A stretch of DNA of 56,583 nucleotides, the filler included, from Squatina squatina (taxonomy: Eukaryota), in NCBI GenBank assembly GCA_031763465.1. It is 3 parts of 3 records of this genome, joined end to end, with 100 filler letters (N's around TTAATTAATTAA, not from the genome) between each part and the next. Parts side by side here need not be neighbours in the genome. Positions count along the whole stretch, not along the records: positions 1 to 14,903 come from JARFOE010000057.1; positions 15,004 to 38,045 come from JARFOE010000234.1; 1 more part is not named here. One strand, given 5' to 3'. Below the pieces are notes generated by a model. It had not been told where the DNA came from. It saw nothing but the letters and a program-made list of their open reading frames with translations, and ran no database searches. Of this stretch, positions 11,655 to 24,243 are shown one piece after another; the stretch's first letter is position 1; every line of letters starts with the position of its first letter. Both the position numbers and the translations under genes were made by a program.

Positions 11655-11830
11655 AGACCATAAGATCAAAAGACCATAAGAAGTAGGAACAGGAGTAGGC
11701 CATTCAGCCCCTCGAGCCTGCTCTGTCATTTGATTGGATCATGGCTGATCCAACATTCCTCAAGTCTGCCTTCCTGCGCTTTCCCCATAACCTTTGATTC
11801 CCTTACTGCTTAGAAACATAGAAACATAGA
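11655..11830 (-). mobile_element. CR1-type LINE/SINE 3' tails with 8-bp terminal repeats
   Basis: aggagtaggccattcagcccctcgagcctgc is the reverse complement of the tail at ~3620-3660. (agaaacat)n lies at the contig end. Confidence 0.85.
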
Positions 11831-12158
11831 NNNNNNNNNNNNNNNNNNNNNNNNNNNNNNNNNNNNNNNNNNNNNNNNNNNNNNNNNNNNNNNNNNNNNN
11901 NNNNNNNNNNNNNNNNNNNNNNNNNNNNNNTAGTCACCCTTGGATGGATGTTATCTGGACCAGCAGCCTGAACTATTTTTAAGGTTCCTTATTCTGTCTA
12001 TGATATCCTCAGCTATTTTTAATATTTACAATTTTCTTATCTACAGTGCAACCCACAGCTAGTGAATGATTTAACCTTTCAAATATAAATTTTGTCCAAT
12101 TGTACTTCAAGACATAGACTACCTCTAAGTTAAAATTCCTACTGACGCCAAATGTTAC

Positions 12159-12253
12159 CTTCTCCTGGCCTGTTTTATTCCTCTGGTCTCTCAGAATTAT
12201 TCTTTCATTATTAAGCTCAAATTTGTATTGTCTTAAATTACACAATAACTGAG
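12159..12253 (-). CDS. Possible small exon of the FSIP2-like gene
   Basis: Acceptor tttcttgtggcAG and donor AAG|GTAACA. Only one open frame (QLLCNLRQYKFELNNERIILRDQRNKTGQEK). Its end phase does not join directly to the large exon. Confidence 0.25.
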
Positions 12254-13949
12254 CTGCCACAAGAAATAACAGCCAATCACAGAGCAGCTAATTACAGTAC
12301 TTATTTAACCAGTTAATACCAATCTGCAAATCAGCCCATGGGTAATGTACCAAATAAACAAGTTTAAACAGTTCCTTGTACTGAATAGTTAGAATGCAGT
12401 TAATTAAAGTCAAAATACAATCAAATAAATCAGTAAAAATGCCAGCACGCATGCCCTAATCACTCCCAATTAACACTAACTGTTTTTATATGAACCCTTC
12501 AGATCCAAAGAGCACATAATTTAGAACTTCTTTTTAATATTAAATTTATTTTGATTCCCTCCTATCAACCATTTTTCTACTTATTTCGCAACTTGTTACC
12601 ATGCACCTCCTTCAGCCACGAAAAAGGGATGTTATTACACATATGCTACTAATAAATTGCTGTTAATGCTGATCCAAGATCAAACGGTTGATTATTGTGC
12701 TCCTAGTGGAGTAAGTGAGTTATATCAGATTTCTGTTCTCCCAGATGAATAGCTCTTCATATTGAGTGAGCCCCACTTAATAACCATAGCCCAAAACAGA
12801 CAAAGCTAACTCTATCATTGGCATGTCCAAGTGACTGGCAACTTTCATACTTAAACCTGAAACTATCTGTTTNNNNNNNNNNNNNNNNNNNNNNNNNNNN
12901 NNNNNNNNNNNNNNNNNNNNNNNNNNNNNNNNNNNNNNNNNNNNNNNNNNNNNNNNNNNNNNNNNNNNNNNNAGTACTTAAGTTTAATGTATTATATATG
13001 AATTTGAGTCTACCGTAGATATCTGCTCAGGTTCAGTGATGCCAATCATTCCCTTAATCAATTTGGTTGCCTATGTTTCCTTCAATAGCAGTTGATTCTC
13101 ACTGCCCTGTATCTTCTAGTATGGTAATGGGACCCAGGAGTCTAACAATTAAACTCTCTTGTGACCTAGGGCAGATTGCTGTGTCTTAAACATGTATACT
13201 CCTTTAATCTCTCAAAAGGTGGACTGAGTTCATAACAGGTGAGGTGTTGATGGTTTGGTTTGTAAGTTGCTTTATTCCACGGTAAAGAAAACATATAGAG
13301 CATTGATGAGATTTACTTGGTATAGTCAGTGCAATATTTGTTCATGCACTGTTGGAAAAAATAAAGAAGTGCTCCACTAGCCCACTTCAGGGAATCTTAT
13401 CTTAACACAAAATAGGATAACTTCTCACTCTGCTACCTGTCCCAACAACCAAAGAGCCATAGTTCTCTCCCCACAGCCATTTTGATGATTTCTGGTGTCT
13501 GTGCGATTTCTTAAAAGTCTCTCTTCAAGGACGAGCAGAAATAAAACATTTGTCAACACAAACATGTTAGATAGCTTCTGAATTGGCAGCTGCTGAATGG
13601 GCAATTGTTTGAGAACTCTTCAAAATAATGGTCCATCCTGCATTTAAAACATCTCTTCACTGCCACTGGATTAACAACTCAGCAATGAGACTGTCAGGAG
13701 CAGCTAATGACTTTTTGGCAAGCGAGTGCTTGAAACACATTTTAAAGGCAGTTGATATCTGAGTCCTATTCATGGAAAAAAGGGCCACAGTTTCCCAAAC
13801 CATAATAGCATCATGGGAGTAGGAAATACCTATTGAATAATGGTGTTCCCAACATCTTCTGTTACCAAAGTGTTTAAGACACAACATGTGATGTAAATAG
13901 TCACTCTGCCATTATTGGCTCATTTAAAAAAATCCAACCCACATAAAAG

Positions 13950-14241
13950 TCAGTGTGGAACCAGTGGAATAGATCCTGACCAACTTTCCACCGCTCTCCA
14001 ACCTAGTACTGCCAAAAAGATGGAGTCAATTTCTCTCTTATATGCATTATTCTCTTCATATCCTTTTAAAGCAAGATTAGAAACATGTATGCTTTCTATT
14101 CGCACCTCTTGCTGAATTTGGTGTACCAATTGTTTTGTATTTTGAGCTCCATCTTTGGTTGCATCTGCCAGAATAGCACAGCATTTCTGTTCTTTTATCA
14201 AATTTTTGATATTTTCTTCTGTTTGAAGCATGTTGAAATAC
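13950..14241 (-). CDS. Possible upstream exon of the FSIP2-like gene (donor not defined)
   Basis: Acceptor tattttcccaaaAG followed by a helical-looking open frame YFNMLQTEENIKNLIKEQK...KQLVHQIQQEVR. Confidence 0.3.
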
Positions 14242-14270
14242 CTTTTGGGAAAATATAGACATGTTAAGAT

Positions 14271-14680
14271 AAAGAAAGAAATAACTTATATTTATTATGT
14301 GCGTATCATTAACTCAAGATGTTCCAAAACATTTCACAGCCAGTAAATTACTTTTTAAAGTGTAGTTACTGTTAAAATACAGGCAACAAACATGGCCACC
14401 AATTTGTGCAAAGCAAGGTTCCCCAAACAGTGATGATGTAAAAGACCAGTTAATATGTTTTGATGGTGTTAGTCGAGGGATAAAAATTGCCTACACACCA
14501 GGATCTTTTACATCTACCTAAGTCTGCAGACAGGGCATTAATTTAACTTCTCATCCACAAGACAGCACCTCTGGCAATGCAGTATTCCATCAGTACTGCA
14601 CTGAAGTATCAACCTCAAGTGTGTTGGAATGAGACTTGAACCCATGATCTTCTGACTCACTGGCAAGTGTGCTATTTAAT
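14271..14680 (-). mobile_element. tRNA-headed Deu-domain SINE (SacSINE1-like), old copy
   Basis: Colinear with the copy at 23368-23794 (gacttgaacccatgatcttctgactca head; tttcacagccagtaaattacttttt tail region). Confidence 0.8.
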
Positions 14681-14903
14681 GGACCCATGCCAAATTTCTG
14701 CAATTTTGCCAAACAAATTCTATTGATTCTATTGAAGTTCAACTAAAGCAAGGGTTGATTCCCCAAATGAGTGCTCCCAGTGTGGACTGGTGCTCACAGG
14801 GAGGCTGCTAGGGTAATTAAGAGGAAGGGGCAGCCATCCAGGTGAGTGCAGCGGGAGGGAAATGAGGTTGGGGTGGAAATGCAGCAGTAGACTTCACCAC
14901 CCA

Positions 14904-15003
14904 NNNNNNNNNNNNNNNNNNNNNNNNNNNNNNNNNNNNNNNNNNNNTTAATTAATTAANNNNNNNNNNNNNNNNNNNNNNNNNNNNNNNNNNNNNNNNN
15001 NNN
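14904..15003. other. Artificial concatenation linker N44-TTAATTAATTAA-N44
   Basis: Palindromic six-frame stop 12-mer at 14948-14959, centred in exactly 100 nt. An identical structure is at 38046-38145. Confidence 0.97.
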
Positions 15004-17344
15004 ATGCATAGATACAGTCCTTGTATCATATTAGAACAGAGGAGGTGAACACCAACCTCATTGTAGGAAAATACCATTCAAGCGGTCTTCACACCGTATA
15101 TAATCCGAACTTTTAGGAGAGGTTTGTTTGAGGTAAAATCTTTTGCTACCAAGTGGAAATACCTTCCAACTAAATCCATTCAATTGAACTAAAATATGTT
15201 TAACAGGAACCTCATACCTTAATTATCCCCAGGCTCGATGCTGAGCCATTCTTCATTACTGATTGTGGATAAAGCATTGGACATAGATGGATAAAGTGAA
15301 GAAAGTTTATTGAGGCATACAAAAGTAGGTTATCCTGCAACACAGCGAGGTCATATGCCACGTTGGAAGGCAGTACAACACACATGCTGGAAATAATCCA
15401 ACAAGATACATAATTAGGGTTAATTTATCTTTGGCTGGGTCCACTTGGCACATAGTTTTACAAGGTAACTTCAACCTGATGCATACTTCTGTTTTACGCA
15501 CTGCAGTATATTAAGTTACTTATTACTAATGTTACATATCATTGAATCTAGTCTCTCTACATCTTCTGGCTCCAAGCTGTCAGATTTGCTTCATCCCTGG
15601 TAACAGTTATGCTGTTTTCATACTATGCAAGACCTCCGCTAGCATCATCAGCTCGCCAAAGTCTTGCTAGCAGTCAGCCTTAATGAATCCAGCAGATTTT
15701 TCTTTGGGTTGCAGCCAGCTCCATAAGCCCCATGCACTGGAAACCAGTACTGCTAGCACAAGTGTAGCTTAATATGAAAGCAGTTTTAGAGAAGAAGAGT
15801 GAAAGAGGAAGAGAGAGACAGGGAGAAATGGAGGGAAGAAGAGAGAACCATTAAACTCAATATTTTGATCATTGTGTTACAGTTCAAACAATATATTTCA
15901 CCACAATGGATGCATGTTACGCCCTCTAACCCACTGCCTTGTATGAGCCACATTTCATTCAGTTGCATACTCCAATTGTGGAGAAAACTCCTGGCAGCCT
16001 CTTTTGCTGGTAAATATATATACATTTACCGTTCAACCCCAGAAATGGCTCTTCACACTCTCCAATGGTAATTTGCTGCTAACTGTAAGTTAAACTGTCC
16101 AATTAAAGGTTCAATTAAATCTTGCAAATTTAACTGGTTACCAAGTAGAAGTAAAATTTTTGACCATTGTTAACAAGTCTGGGTTATTGTACACAGTCAG
16201 TAACACTAGGTCAATGGCGGCATGCTCAAAAAGTGGCTCCTAAGCCATGTTTAAGAATAAAAGATCTACATTTATTAGTGAAGCAATTCAGAAGATCCAA
16301 AAGGACATGTTCGGACCCCTTAGAAAAAAAAACTTCCAACAAGTTTGGGGCATCTTAAGTGAAGACAGCTCATAATGTCCACGAGTGTCCACGGACAGTG
16401 AAAAGTGTGATAGGAGGCTGAGAATGACTGAAAGGGATGAGTTATCAAAGATCACCCATTTATAAAGGTCTGAAAAGAAAGTGTGAGGGTGGAGAAGACA
16501 TCTTCTGCTGGCTCCTCATGTTCTGGTATATTAGATTTTGAATCTTGTATGCAATAGGTGTGAATCATTGTGTACAGGTATAAACTACATATAATGCATG
16601 TTCTTGTGGTATCGAAGTAGGTATCACCTGAAAGCATATGGCTGGGAGCATATGGGGATCAGCTTTCCGATGTTGTATATTCACTGAACCAGACAGAAAA
16701 TTGGATTGGGCCAAAGTCAGTATTTTGGCCAAATGTTCCATCTCATGTTTATTTTGGTGAACATTTTTTTTTGGCACAGTTGCCAATTTGCTAGGAGGCA
16801 ACTCTGATCAATTTTAGACTCTCGTGATCTTCCTCTATAACTCCAAGGAGCTTACAGTCTTCACTGTCCCCAAAATCGCAGTTGTTCTCTCAGCCTCATC
16901 TGCCTCCTGTGGCCTGCCCTCCCACTTCTACCAAACTCCCTTCAATTCCAGTGCCCACCCTGTGATAGGGTAAGAATAGAGTGAGTTAGATAGACTAGTA
17001 AGAGCTACATCTATATTTAGCACACCTCAACATTAGGTACATAGCCACTTGCTAAAGGGATACCAGCAAGTGAACAAGGCATNNNNNNNNNNNNNNNNNN
17101 NNNNNNNNNNNNNNNNNNNNNNNNNNNNNNNNNNNNNNNNNNNNNNNNNNNNNNNNNNNNNNNNNNNNNNNNNNNNNNNNNNAAATACATAAAATTAAAT
17201 GTAGCTTAAGGTTTGAATTTATCAGAATTTTGTATAGCTCTTAAGACTTTAGTAAATATACTCAAACACTAACAGGAGGACCATGTGGAGTGAGACTCTC
17301 TTGGGGAGTGGACACATTAAAATCTGGATTTCTTGTCTTTGCAG

Positions 17345-17461
17345 ATGTGAATGAATGTTTAAAGAGCAATGGAGGTTGCTCTCACATCTGCATAGATCTC
17401 CTTATTGGCTACAAATGTGGATGTCCTGCAGGCTTTCAATTGTCTGCAATGACTTGTGTAG
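17345..17461 (+). CDS. LDLR-family (VLDLR-like) EGF-A exon
   Basis: tttcttgtctttgcAG|...GTAG|GTAAGT; 117 nt, phase 1-1. Reads (D)[38 protein letters not shown]. Confidence 0.92.
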
Positions 17462-17546
17462 GTAAGTGGAGTTCCTATAAACAGGCTAATAGAAATTGGG
17501 TATCTTCAAACCAAAGTGAAATTGGTGGGTGTTTTTTTTCCTCCAG

Positions 17547-17672
17547 ACATTGACGAATGTCAAACTCTTGGAACCTGCAGTCAAATTTGCATCAATTTAG
17601 AAGGAAGCTACAAGTGTGAATGTCACCAGAAATATTACATGGATCCAGCTAATGGTGTTTGCAAAGCAGTTG
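17547..17672 (+). CDS. LDLR-family (VLDLR-like) EGF-B exon with GC donor
   Basis: ttttttttcctccAG|; 126 nt, phase 1-1. Reads [42 protein letters not shown]. Donor TTG|GCAAGT. Confidence 0.92.
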
Positions 17673-17979
17673 GCAAGTACAACTCAGTTGCTTGTTAAGC
17701 TGAAGATTTAATTGACTTTTAATGTAAATTGCTTGATTAAGAGCTTCCATCTGTCTAGCCTGTAAATATTTTTAGTCTGCAAGATTCAGTATTTGTCCAG
17801 ATTCTGACATAGTCTTAGGAATTTGATCTCTGGCTTTTTTGTGTCCTGAGTAGTAACTTTTTTAAATGTGCCTTGTGGGATGGAGGGAAATCAGCCACAT
17901 TTCGTGCTGGCTGAAATAAACCATATCTAAACCATATCTACATATCAGTAGAATTTCTGCAAGGGATTGATGGAGAAAT

Positions 17980-18876
17980 GGGATGAGAGAAAGAGGATTA
18001 GGTGTGTGGATTCTCTCATCATTAATCACTTCAGTCCAGCCCACGGCCTCAGCAATCCCCCTTCCCAGGATGGCTAGCACTGTCTCCTCCACAGAGGTTA
18101 AAACATACAGGCACACTTGCCCCCCTCCAATTCTTTCCTGCTGTCTCCTGTTCTGTGCCACCTTCTGCAATATGTTTGGGTGGTGTGGCTGTCATGGTTA
18201 AATAGCTGCCAGTGTGTGAGGTTTGTGAGTTGTGGGTGTAAGGCTTGCAAACAGTCCAAATGTGTCAGGTTGAGGTAAACCATATGAATTGAAGGATTGA
18301 GTAATAATTGATAGTGATTGTTGTTAGGTGGGTGATGGGGGTGGAGTGAATGGAGCAGTGGATGAGGCTAGTGGTGCAGTTGTTAGGATATACTATTTGA
18401 AGATTGAATTCGCTCACCTTGCCAACTCCTGTTAGAACATTAAACCTCTTCCTGCACTGTATCCATGTTCTTGGAGCAACACTCCTGGCACTGACCTCCA
18501 TCACTACTTCTTCCCACTGCCTCCAGAGCACATGGATACAGGAGGTCTCTCCTTCCCTCCACATCTTGTACCAAGACCTCTAGTGCATTGTCAGAAAATG
18601 TTGGCGCTCGCTCTCATGTTCAACCATTCCTCAAAAGTATCTCAGCTCAAAATTCAGTTTTGAAACAACTCTAACCACTTCTTGCAGCTACGATGCAGCT
18701 CCCCTTTAAGAGGTCCAGGCTGCCTTTAAGTAGTGGCAGCCCACCACGATATTGGGCTCCTCGCTGATGCATTCAGCCAACGAACATTGCGGGTAGCGTT
18801 GGCTGCACGCTGCAGTCATGTGAAGCAGTAGGCAACATGAATTTATCGTGCTGCTTGCAACATAATGAATGTGCGT
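17980..18876 (-). mobile_element. Degenerate PIF/Harbinger transposon remnant with a Myb/SANT-like DNA-binding gene
   Basis: ERAPTFSDNALEVLVQDVEGRRDLLYP, a frameshift, then WEEVVMEVSARSVAPRTWIQCRKRFNVL...K|GTGAG. A second segment reads KVAQNRRQQERIGGG...LTSVEETVLAILG. Confidence 0.8.
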
Positions 18877-20008
18877 NNNNNNNNNNNNNNNNNNNNNNNN
18901 NNNNNNNNNNNNNNNNNNNNNNNNNNNNNNNNNNNNNNNNNNNNNNNNNNNNNNNNNNNNNNNNNNNNNNNNNNNNCAGGTAATGACACAAACAGAACTA
19001 AAGACAGAGACAATCAGCCTCACCGTACAAATATGCAGGCTTTTAAATAGGTATTATTCGCTGTATTTTTCTGCTCATTAAGATATGGGACGTCAGGGCT
19101 GGGAAGATTACTCCACGTCCACTTGAAGCACTCCAAGGTTCTGTATAAAACTGCCTAAAGGCAGTGTTAGGCTTTCTGCTCTACAGAGAGACGTTTGTAG
19201 CACATGCTGTACCTGCTCCCTCTCTACTTGTTAACCCCTGATGCTTTTTGCTCATGTCAAGTTATCCTAACTCAGTCATTTTTTTACTATTACCCCTAAA
19301 ACTTACAAGTTATACTTCAACTGGGCATTTATGGACAATTACAACTCGTCCTGCTGCTGCCCATCCAAGAGAGCAAACTTTAAAGGGAGAAGCAGCACTT
19401 GTCCTCCTAATTTTTGCCAATTTTGGGTAAATTAAATTCAATAGAAAAATCCCAGCAGAGTTTCCTGATTGTGACACAGTAGATTTTTATAGCAGTAACT
19501 AGTGCTAGCCATATGGTATAAACCGGGAAATGTTTTCAAATATTTTGTCTAAATAGTGTAATTAAAAAACAGTCATTGTGTTTTATTCCAATGAAGTTGA
19601 TTTTTGGAAATGCTTCAGAATTCAATTTTTGAAAGTTTCATGGACAGAATTTTGCAATGTTTTCAGGTTGGTTTCACCAATAATGCTGCAATCATATTTT
19701 AAGCTCAGTTTGATTCCTTGATGGAAGTGCTCAGACAAATCAATAAGGAAGTGAAAAATGCAGCAATGCTTTGATTACTGCTGGGTTATATTGGTCACTT
19801 GCAACTAGATATTGTCACTTAGGATGCACTTACACCACAGCTAGCAGTCTGAGACCAATCGCTGTGCAGAAGCATTTAAGTTCCAGTCAGGCAGAACCGT
19901 CTTTGCATNNNNNNNNNNNNNNNNNNNNNNNNNNNNNNNNNNNNNNNNNNNNNNNNNNNNNNNNNNNNNNNNNNNNNNNNNNNNNNNNNNNNNNNNNNNN
20001 NNNNNNNN

Positions 20009-20205
20009 TGGTTAGGACACTGGGGAGAACTCCCCTGCTCTTCTTTGAAATAGTGCCATGGGGGCTTTTACATCCACCTGAGAGAGCAGACAAGGTCTCA
20101 GTTTAAAGTCTCATCCAAAAGACAGCAGCTCTGCCAGTGCAGCACTCCCTCAGCGCAGCACTGGAGTGTCAGCCTAGATTGATATGCTCAAGTCCCTGCA
20201 GTGGG
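20009..20205 (-). mobile_element. Deu-domain SINE fragment
   Basis: aggacactggggagaactcccctgctc...gccatggg...ccacctgagagagcagac...gtttaa...tctcatcc matches the core of 23368-23794. Confidence 0.85.
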
Positions 20206-23070
20206 ACACAAGGACGTGATGCTGTACAAATGCAAAATTGATAAGCAAGGACTCTGTTAAGGTATTTAGGTAATAAAAAAAGTGAGCTGCAGGGTGTTCT
20301 GTGATTATACGCCCTTCAGACTATTCTAACTGAAGAATGAAGAGGAAACAATTACTAAAGCAGAAGGAATCATTTTCCTCCTAAGTGATCACCTTGCAGG
20401 AGGTTCGCTCATTCTTGCCGTTTTCGGCATTACACATCAGCAGGAGTTTTAAAAAGGAACATTAACTGCCAAATGTTAAGAGTAATAAGAAAATTGTAAT
20501 AGGTTTAATATTATGCTTGCATAATTGGCTACTTTGTATTACATACATACACACTCTCAAAAATACATGAAAAGGTAGAGCTGTGTTCAATTTAAAGTGG
20601 AGTAGTATCTAATTCTATAGTACAGTTCCCATAATAGCTGTAGACTGTTAGGCCTTCAGGCCTTCTAGCACTGGATGAGATACAATAGACCATAACATTG
20701 ATACAAATTAATGGGATAAATAATCAAAGAGGAAGATAATCCATTAACGTTTAGCTGAGGGGATCAATGAAATGATTTAAGAATTTGTAATACCATTAGC
20801 AATACTTAAAAGTATATTTCAGCATTGAAATTATCAATGANNNNNNNNNNNNNNNNNNNNNNNNNNNNNNNNNNNNNNNNNNNNNNNNNNNNNNNNNNNN
20901 NNNNNNNNNNNNNNNNNNNNNNNNNNNNNNNNNNNNNNNNNNNNNNNNNNNNNNNNNNNNNNNNNNNNNNNNNNNNNNNNNNNNNNNNNNNNNNNNNNNN
21001 NNNNNNNNNNNNNNNNNNNNNNNNNNNNNNNNNNNNNNNNNNNNNNNNNNNNNNNNNNNNNNNNNNNNNNNNNNNNNNNNNNNNNNNNNNNNNNNNNNNN
21101 NNNNNNNNNNNNNNNNNNNNNNNNNNNNNNNNNNNNNNNNNNNNNNNNNNNNNNNNNNNNNNNNNNNNNNNNNNNNNNNNNNNNNNNNNNNNNNNNNNNN
21201 NNNNNNNNNNNNNNNNNNNNNNNNNNNNNNNNNNNNNNNNNNNNNNNNNNNNNNNNNNNNNNNNNNNNNNNNNNNNNNNNNNNNNNNNNNNNNNNNNNNN
21301 NNNNNNNNNNNNNNNNNNNNNNNNNNNNNNNNNNNNNNNNNNNNNNNNNNNNNNNNNNNNNNNNNNNNNNNNNNNNNNNNNNNNNNNNNNNNNNNNNNNN
21401 NNNNNNNNNNNNNNNNNNNNNNNNNNNNNNNNNNNNNNNNNNNNNNNNNNNNNNNNNNNNNNNNNNNNNNNNNNNNNNNNNNNNNNNNNNNNNNNNNNNN
21501 NNNNNNNNNNNNNNNNNNNNNNNNNNNNNNNNNNNNNNNNNNNNNNNNNNNNNNNNNNNNNNNNNNNNNNNNNNNNNNNNNNNNNNNNNNNNNNNNNNNN
21601 NNNNNNNNNNNNNNNNNNNNNNNNNNNNNNNNNNNNNNNNNNNNNNNNNNNNNNNNNNNNNNNNNNNNNNNNNNNNNNNNNNNNNNNNNNNNNNNNNNNN
21701 NNNNNNNNNNNNNNNNNNNNNNNNNNNNNNNNNNNNTTTTTTAATGAAAACCTGCATTACCAAAATTGACAGAGAATACTCTTATCAGACCAATGGAGGC
21801 TGATATCTAAAGCAACTGGAATGCTATTCTTGGCTATAGAATATGTCAAATATCAGTGGCAAAAACCTGCTTGTAGCAATACGGGCAGGCACATCAGCTC
21901 CATAAATGTTTAATAAGGACCACACAATACCCAAACTAATACTGATCAAGGAGAAATTAAAACTGTAAAAGAGAAGGATGCCTAATAATCTCTGGAGAGA
22001 ACTCAAATGCCCTCTGCAGAAATTTATTAGATTAAATCCTGTAATTAACAGAAGCAAAACAAGAGGACACAAGTTAATGGGTAAACTAATTAAGTTAAGC
22101 AATCAGGTGGAAAGAATTGTTCAGCACTTTGGATCCCAGCTGCTTTCCAAAGATAAAGACAGCAGAGGGAGCTGCCAATCTTTTGCAAGAAATATAAGGC
22201 ATACAAAGCATTACAGTAAACCATTTTATTCACAATCCTTAAATTTTTAGGAATTTCATTTCTGTGCATGTATCTCTAAACTAGTTTCTAACCCACTGAA
22301 TATGCATTCAGTGCAATTGTGTTTGCTTTTTTTGATTAAGCAGTCCATGAGATTTCAGTCACCTCTTACGGAATTAAGTCAATTATGTAATTAGACAGTT
22401 GCTGTAATTCTACACAAAATGAATGGGGACCAGGCATGAAAGGAAAGAGTGCACACATGCTTTAAGGTGCAAGTTTTGCTTGGCATTGCAATCCATCTAC
22501 ACACCGAGGGAATAGAAGCCCCAAGAGGCACAATAGTAAAGCTCTCGTAAATTACAGTCACTATCTTCAAGATATGTTTTAGTTTCAGTAAAATAAAAAC
22601 TGCCAATGGCAATTGAAAGAAGGAGAAAAAAAAAGGAGACAGGCCCTCTTGCAAGTGAGGGAGAAGGAAGGGAGACCATGGTCAGGGAAACTCAGAGAGA
22701 GAGAGAGGAGGTTGGGAANNNNNNNNNNNNNNNNNNNNNNNNNNNNNNNNNNNNNNNNNNNNNNNNNNNNNNNNNNNNNNNNNNNNNNNNNNNNNNNNNN
22801 NNNNNNNNNNNNNNNNNNTTTCTGTACAGCAGAGCTTGCTCACAGTAAATATCTCCCTTTATTGCTAGAGGTATCCTCTTTATGCCAAGTTTGTAGCCCA
22901 GCTACTCCCAAACTCATTTGATATGAAATCCCCATTTACTCCTAAAGAATAGCCAACATCCCCTGAATGTCAAAGATGCTGGAAACAGAATTTAAAATCA
23001 ATAAGGCAGAAAGCATCTGCTGGAACCCAGGCAGTTTCTACTCATTATAGTTTGCAAAGAAGATAATTAC

Positions 23071-23144
23071 CTGTCTGAACCTTTTGGGTATTGAAGGTGA
23101 TTTGAAGCTTTCTGTGGAGGGTATTGCTCCTTCACCAGCATTTT
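23071..23144 (-). other. Possible small exon of an unidentified gene
   Basis: ggattttcAG|...CAG|GTAATT; 74 nt, open in more than one frame. No recognisable homology. Confidence 0.2.
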
Positions 23145-23367
23145 CTGAAAATCCATAAATCTATCTTTTTATAACAGAATCAGAAATATTTACACAATCA
23201 CAGAACCTTTAATAATTACCATATTATCGTTCGTGTTATTTTCACATCACATGAATTCGAGTTACTAGTCCTCAATGGTCTGAACAGCAAATATTCAGAG
23301 AAATTGATAACTAATTACAAGAATTAATTCCAATAAAGTCAAATTATCTCACTCCAAAGCTGTAATG

Positions 23368-23794
23368 AAAGACTTGCATTTATATAACACCTTTTATGAC
23401 CACTTGATGTCTCAAAGTGCTTTACAGTCAATGAAGTACTTTTGAAGTGTAGTAATGTTGAAAACACGGCACACAGCAAGCTCCCACAAACAGCAACGTG
23501 ATGACCAGATTTTTGGTTTTTTTATTATGTTGATTGAGGATTGACCAGGACACTGGGGATAACTCCCTTACTCTTCTTCAAAATAGTGCCATGGGATCTT
23601 TTACCTCCACCTGAGAGGGCAGATGGGTCCTCGGTTTAACATCTCACCTGAAGGACGGCACCTCTGAACGCTCCCTCAGCACCCCACTGGTGTGTCAGCC
23701 TAGATTTATGTGCTCAAATCCCTGGAGTAGGACTTGAACACACAACCTTCTGACTCAAAGACAAGAGTGCTACCCACTGAACCACAGCTGACAC
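23368..23794 (-). mobile_element. Near full-length tRNA-headed Deu-domain SINE (SacSINE1-like)
   Basis: Minus strand has A box TGGTTCAGTGG and B box GTTCAAGTC, then the Deu core gaggtgccgtcctt...gagatgttaaaccgagg...aaagatcccatggcact...gtgtcctgg, and tail tatataaatgcaagtc. Confidence 0.88.
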
Positions 23795-24243
23795 ATAAGC
23801 TATTTATTGTTGATACAACATTCTGTGTTGCCTCTATTGCCTTATCTCATAGCAGTAATTTGGAGCAAAAGCAATGATAATGAGCCTCTCATCCATGTCT
23901 GGCTCTCAAGTCCCCAGTGATGAAGCATTATATAAAATACAGCTCGAGCCTCCTAATTTTGCCATTGTGAGGAGTATTAAGGTTTATTGTGTTATGAATG
24001 ATTTCTCATCAGTTTCATCTGCTCAACAGATACTGACATATAAAGCAATCTTTCACATGCTTGAGTGAGTCAAGTTGAAAATGAAACAAATGAAGGTTTA
24101 TTTCATATCCTTTGTGACAGCACTAAGCTCTGTTTGTGGCACANNNNNNNNNNNNNNNNNNNNNNNNNNNNNNNNNNNNNNNNNNNNNNNNNNNNNNNNN
24201 NNNNNNNNNNNNNNNNNNNNNNNNNNNNNNNNNNNNNNNNNNN

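Noticed and set aside
14948-14959. TTAATTAATTAA as a homeodomain site or piggyBac target
   Set aside because: It is embedded symmetrically in N runs twice, so it is an assembly linker.
20825-21769. Long ORFs of more than 300 aa (and similar ones at 28349-28910 and 47519-48133)
   Set aside because: They consist almost entirely of N-gap codons.
22497-22600. Peptide LEDSDCNLRELYYCASW resembling the end of an Ig/TCR V segment
   Set aside because: The spacing does not fit D-x-[AG]-x-Y-Y-C, there is no upstream V framework, and no CACAGTG heptamer follows.
23700-23794. tRNA gene
   Set aside because: The A and B boxes belong to a SINE head; there is no intact cloverleaf and the sequence continues into the SINE body.
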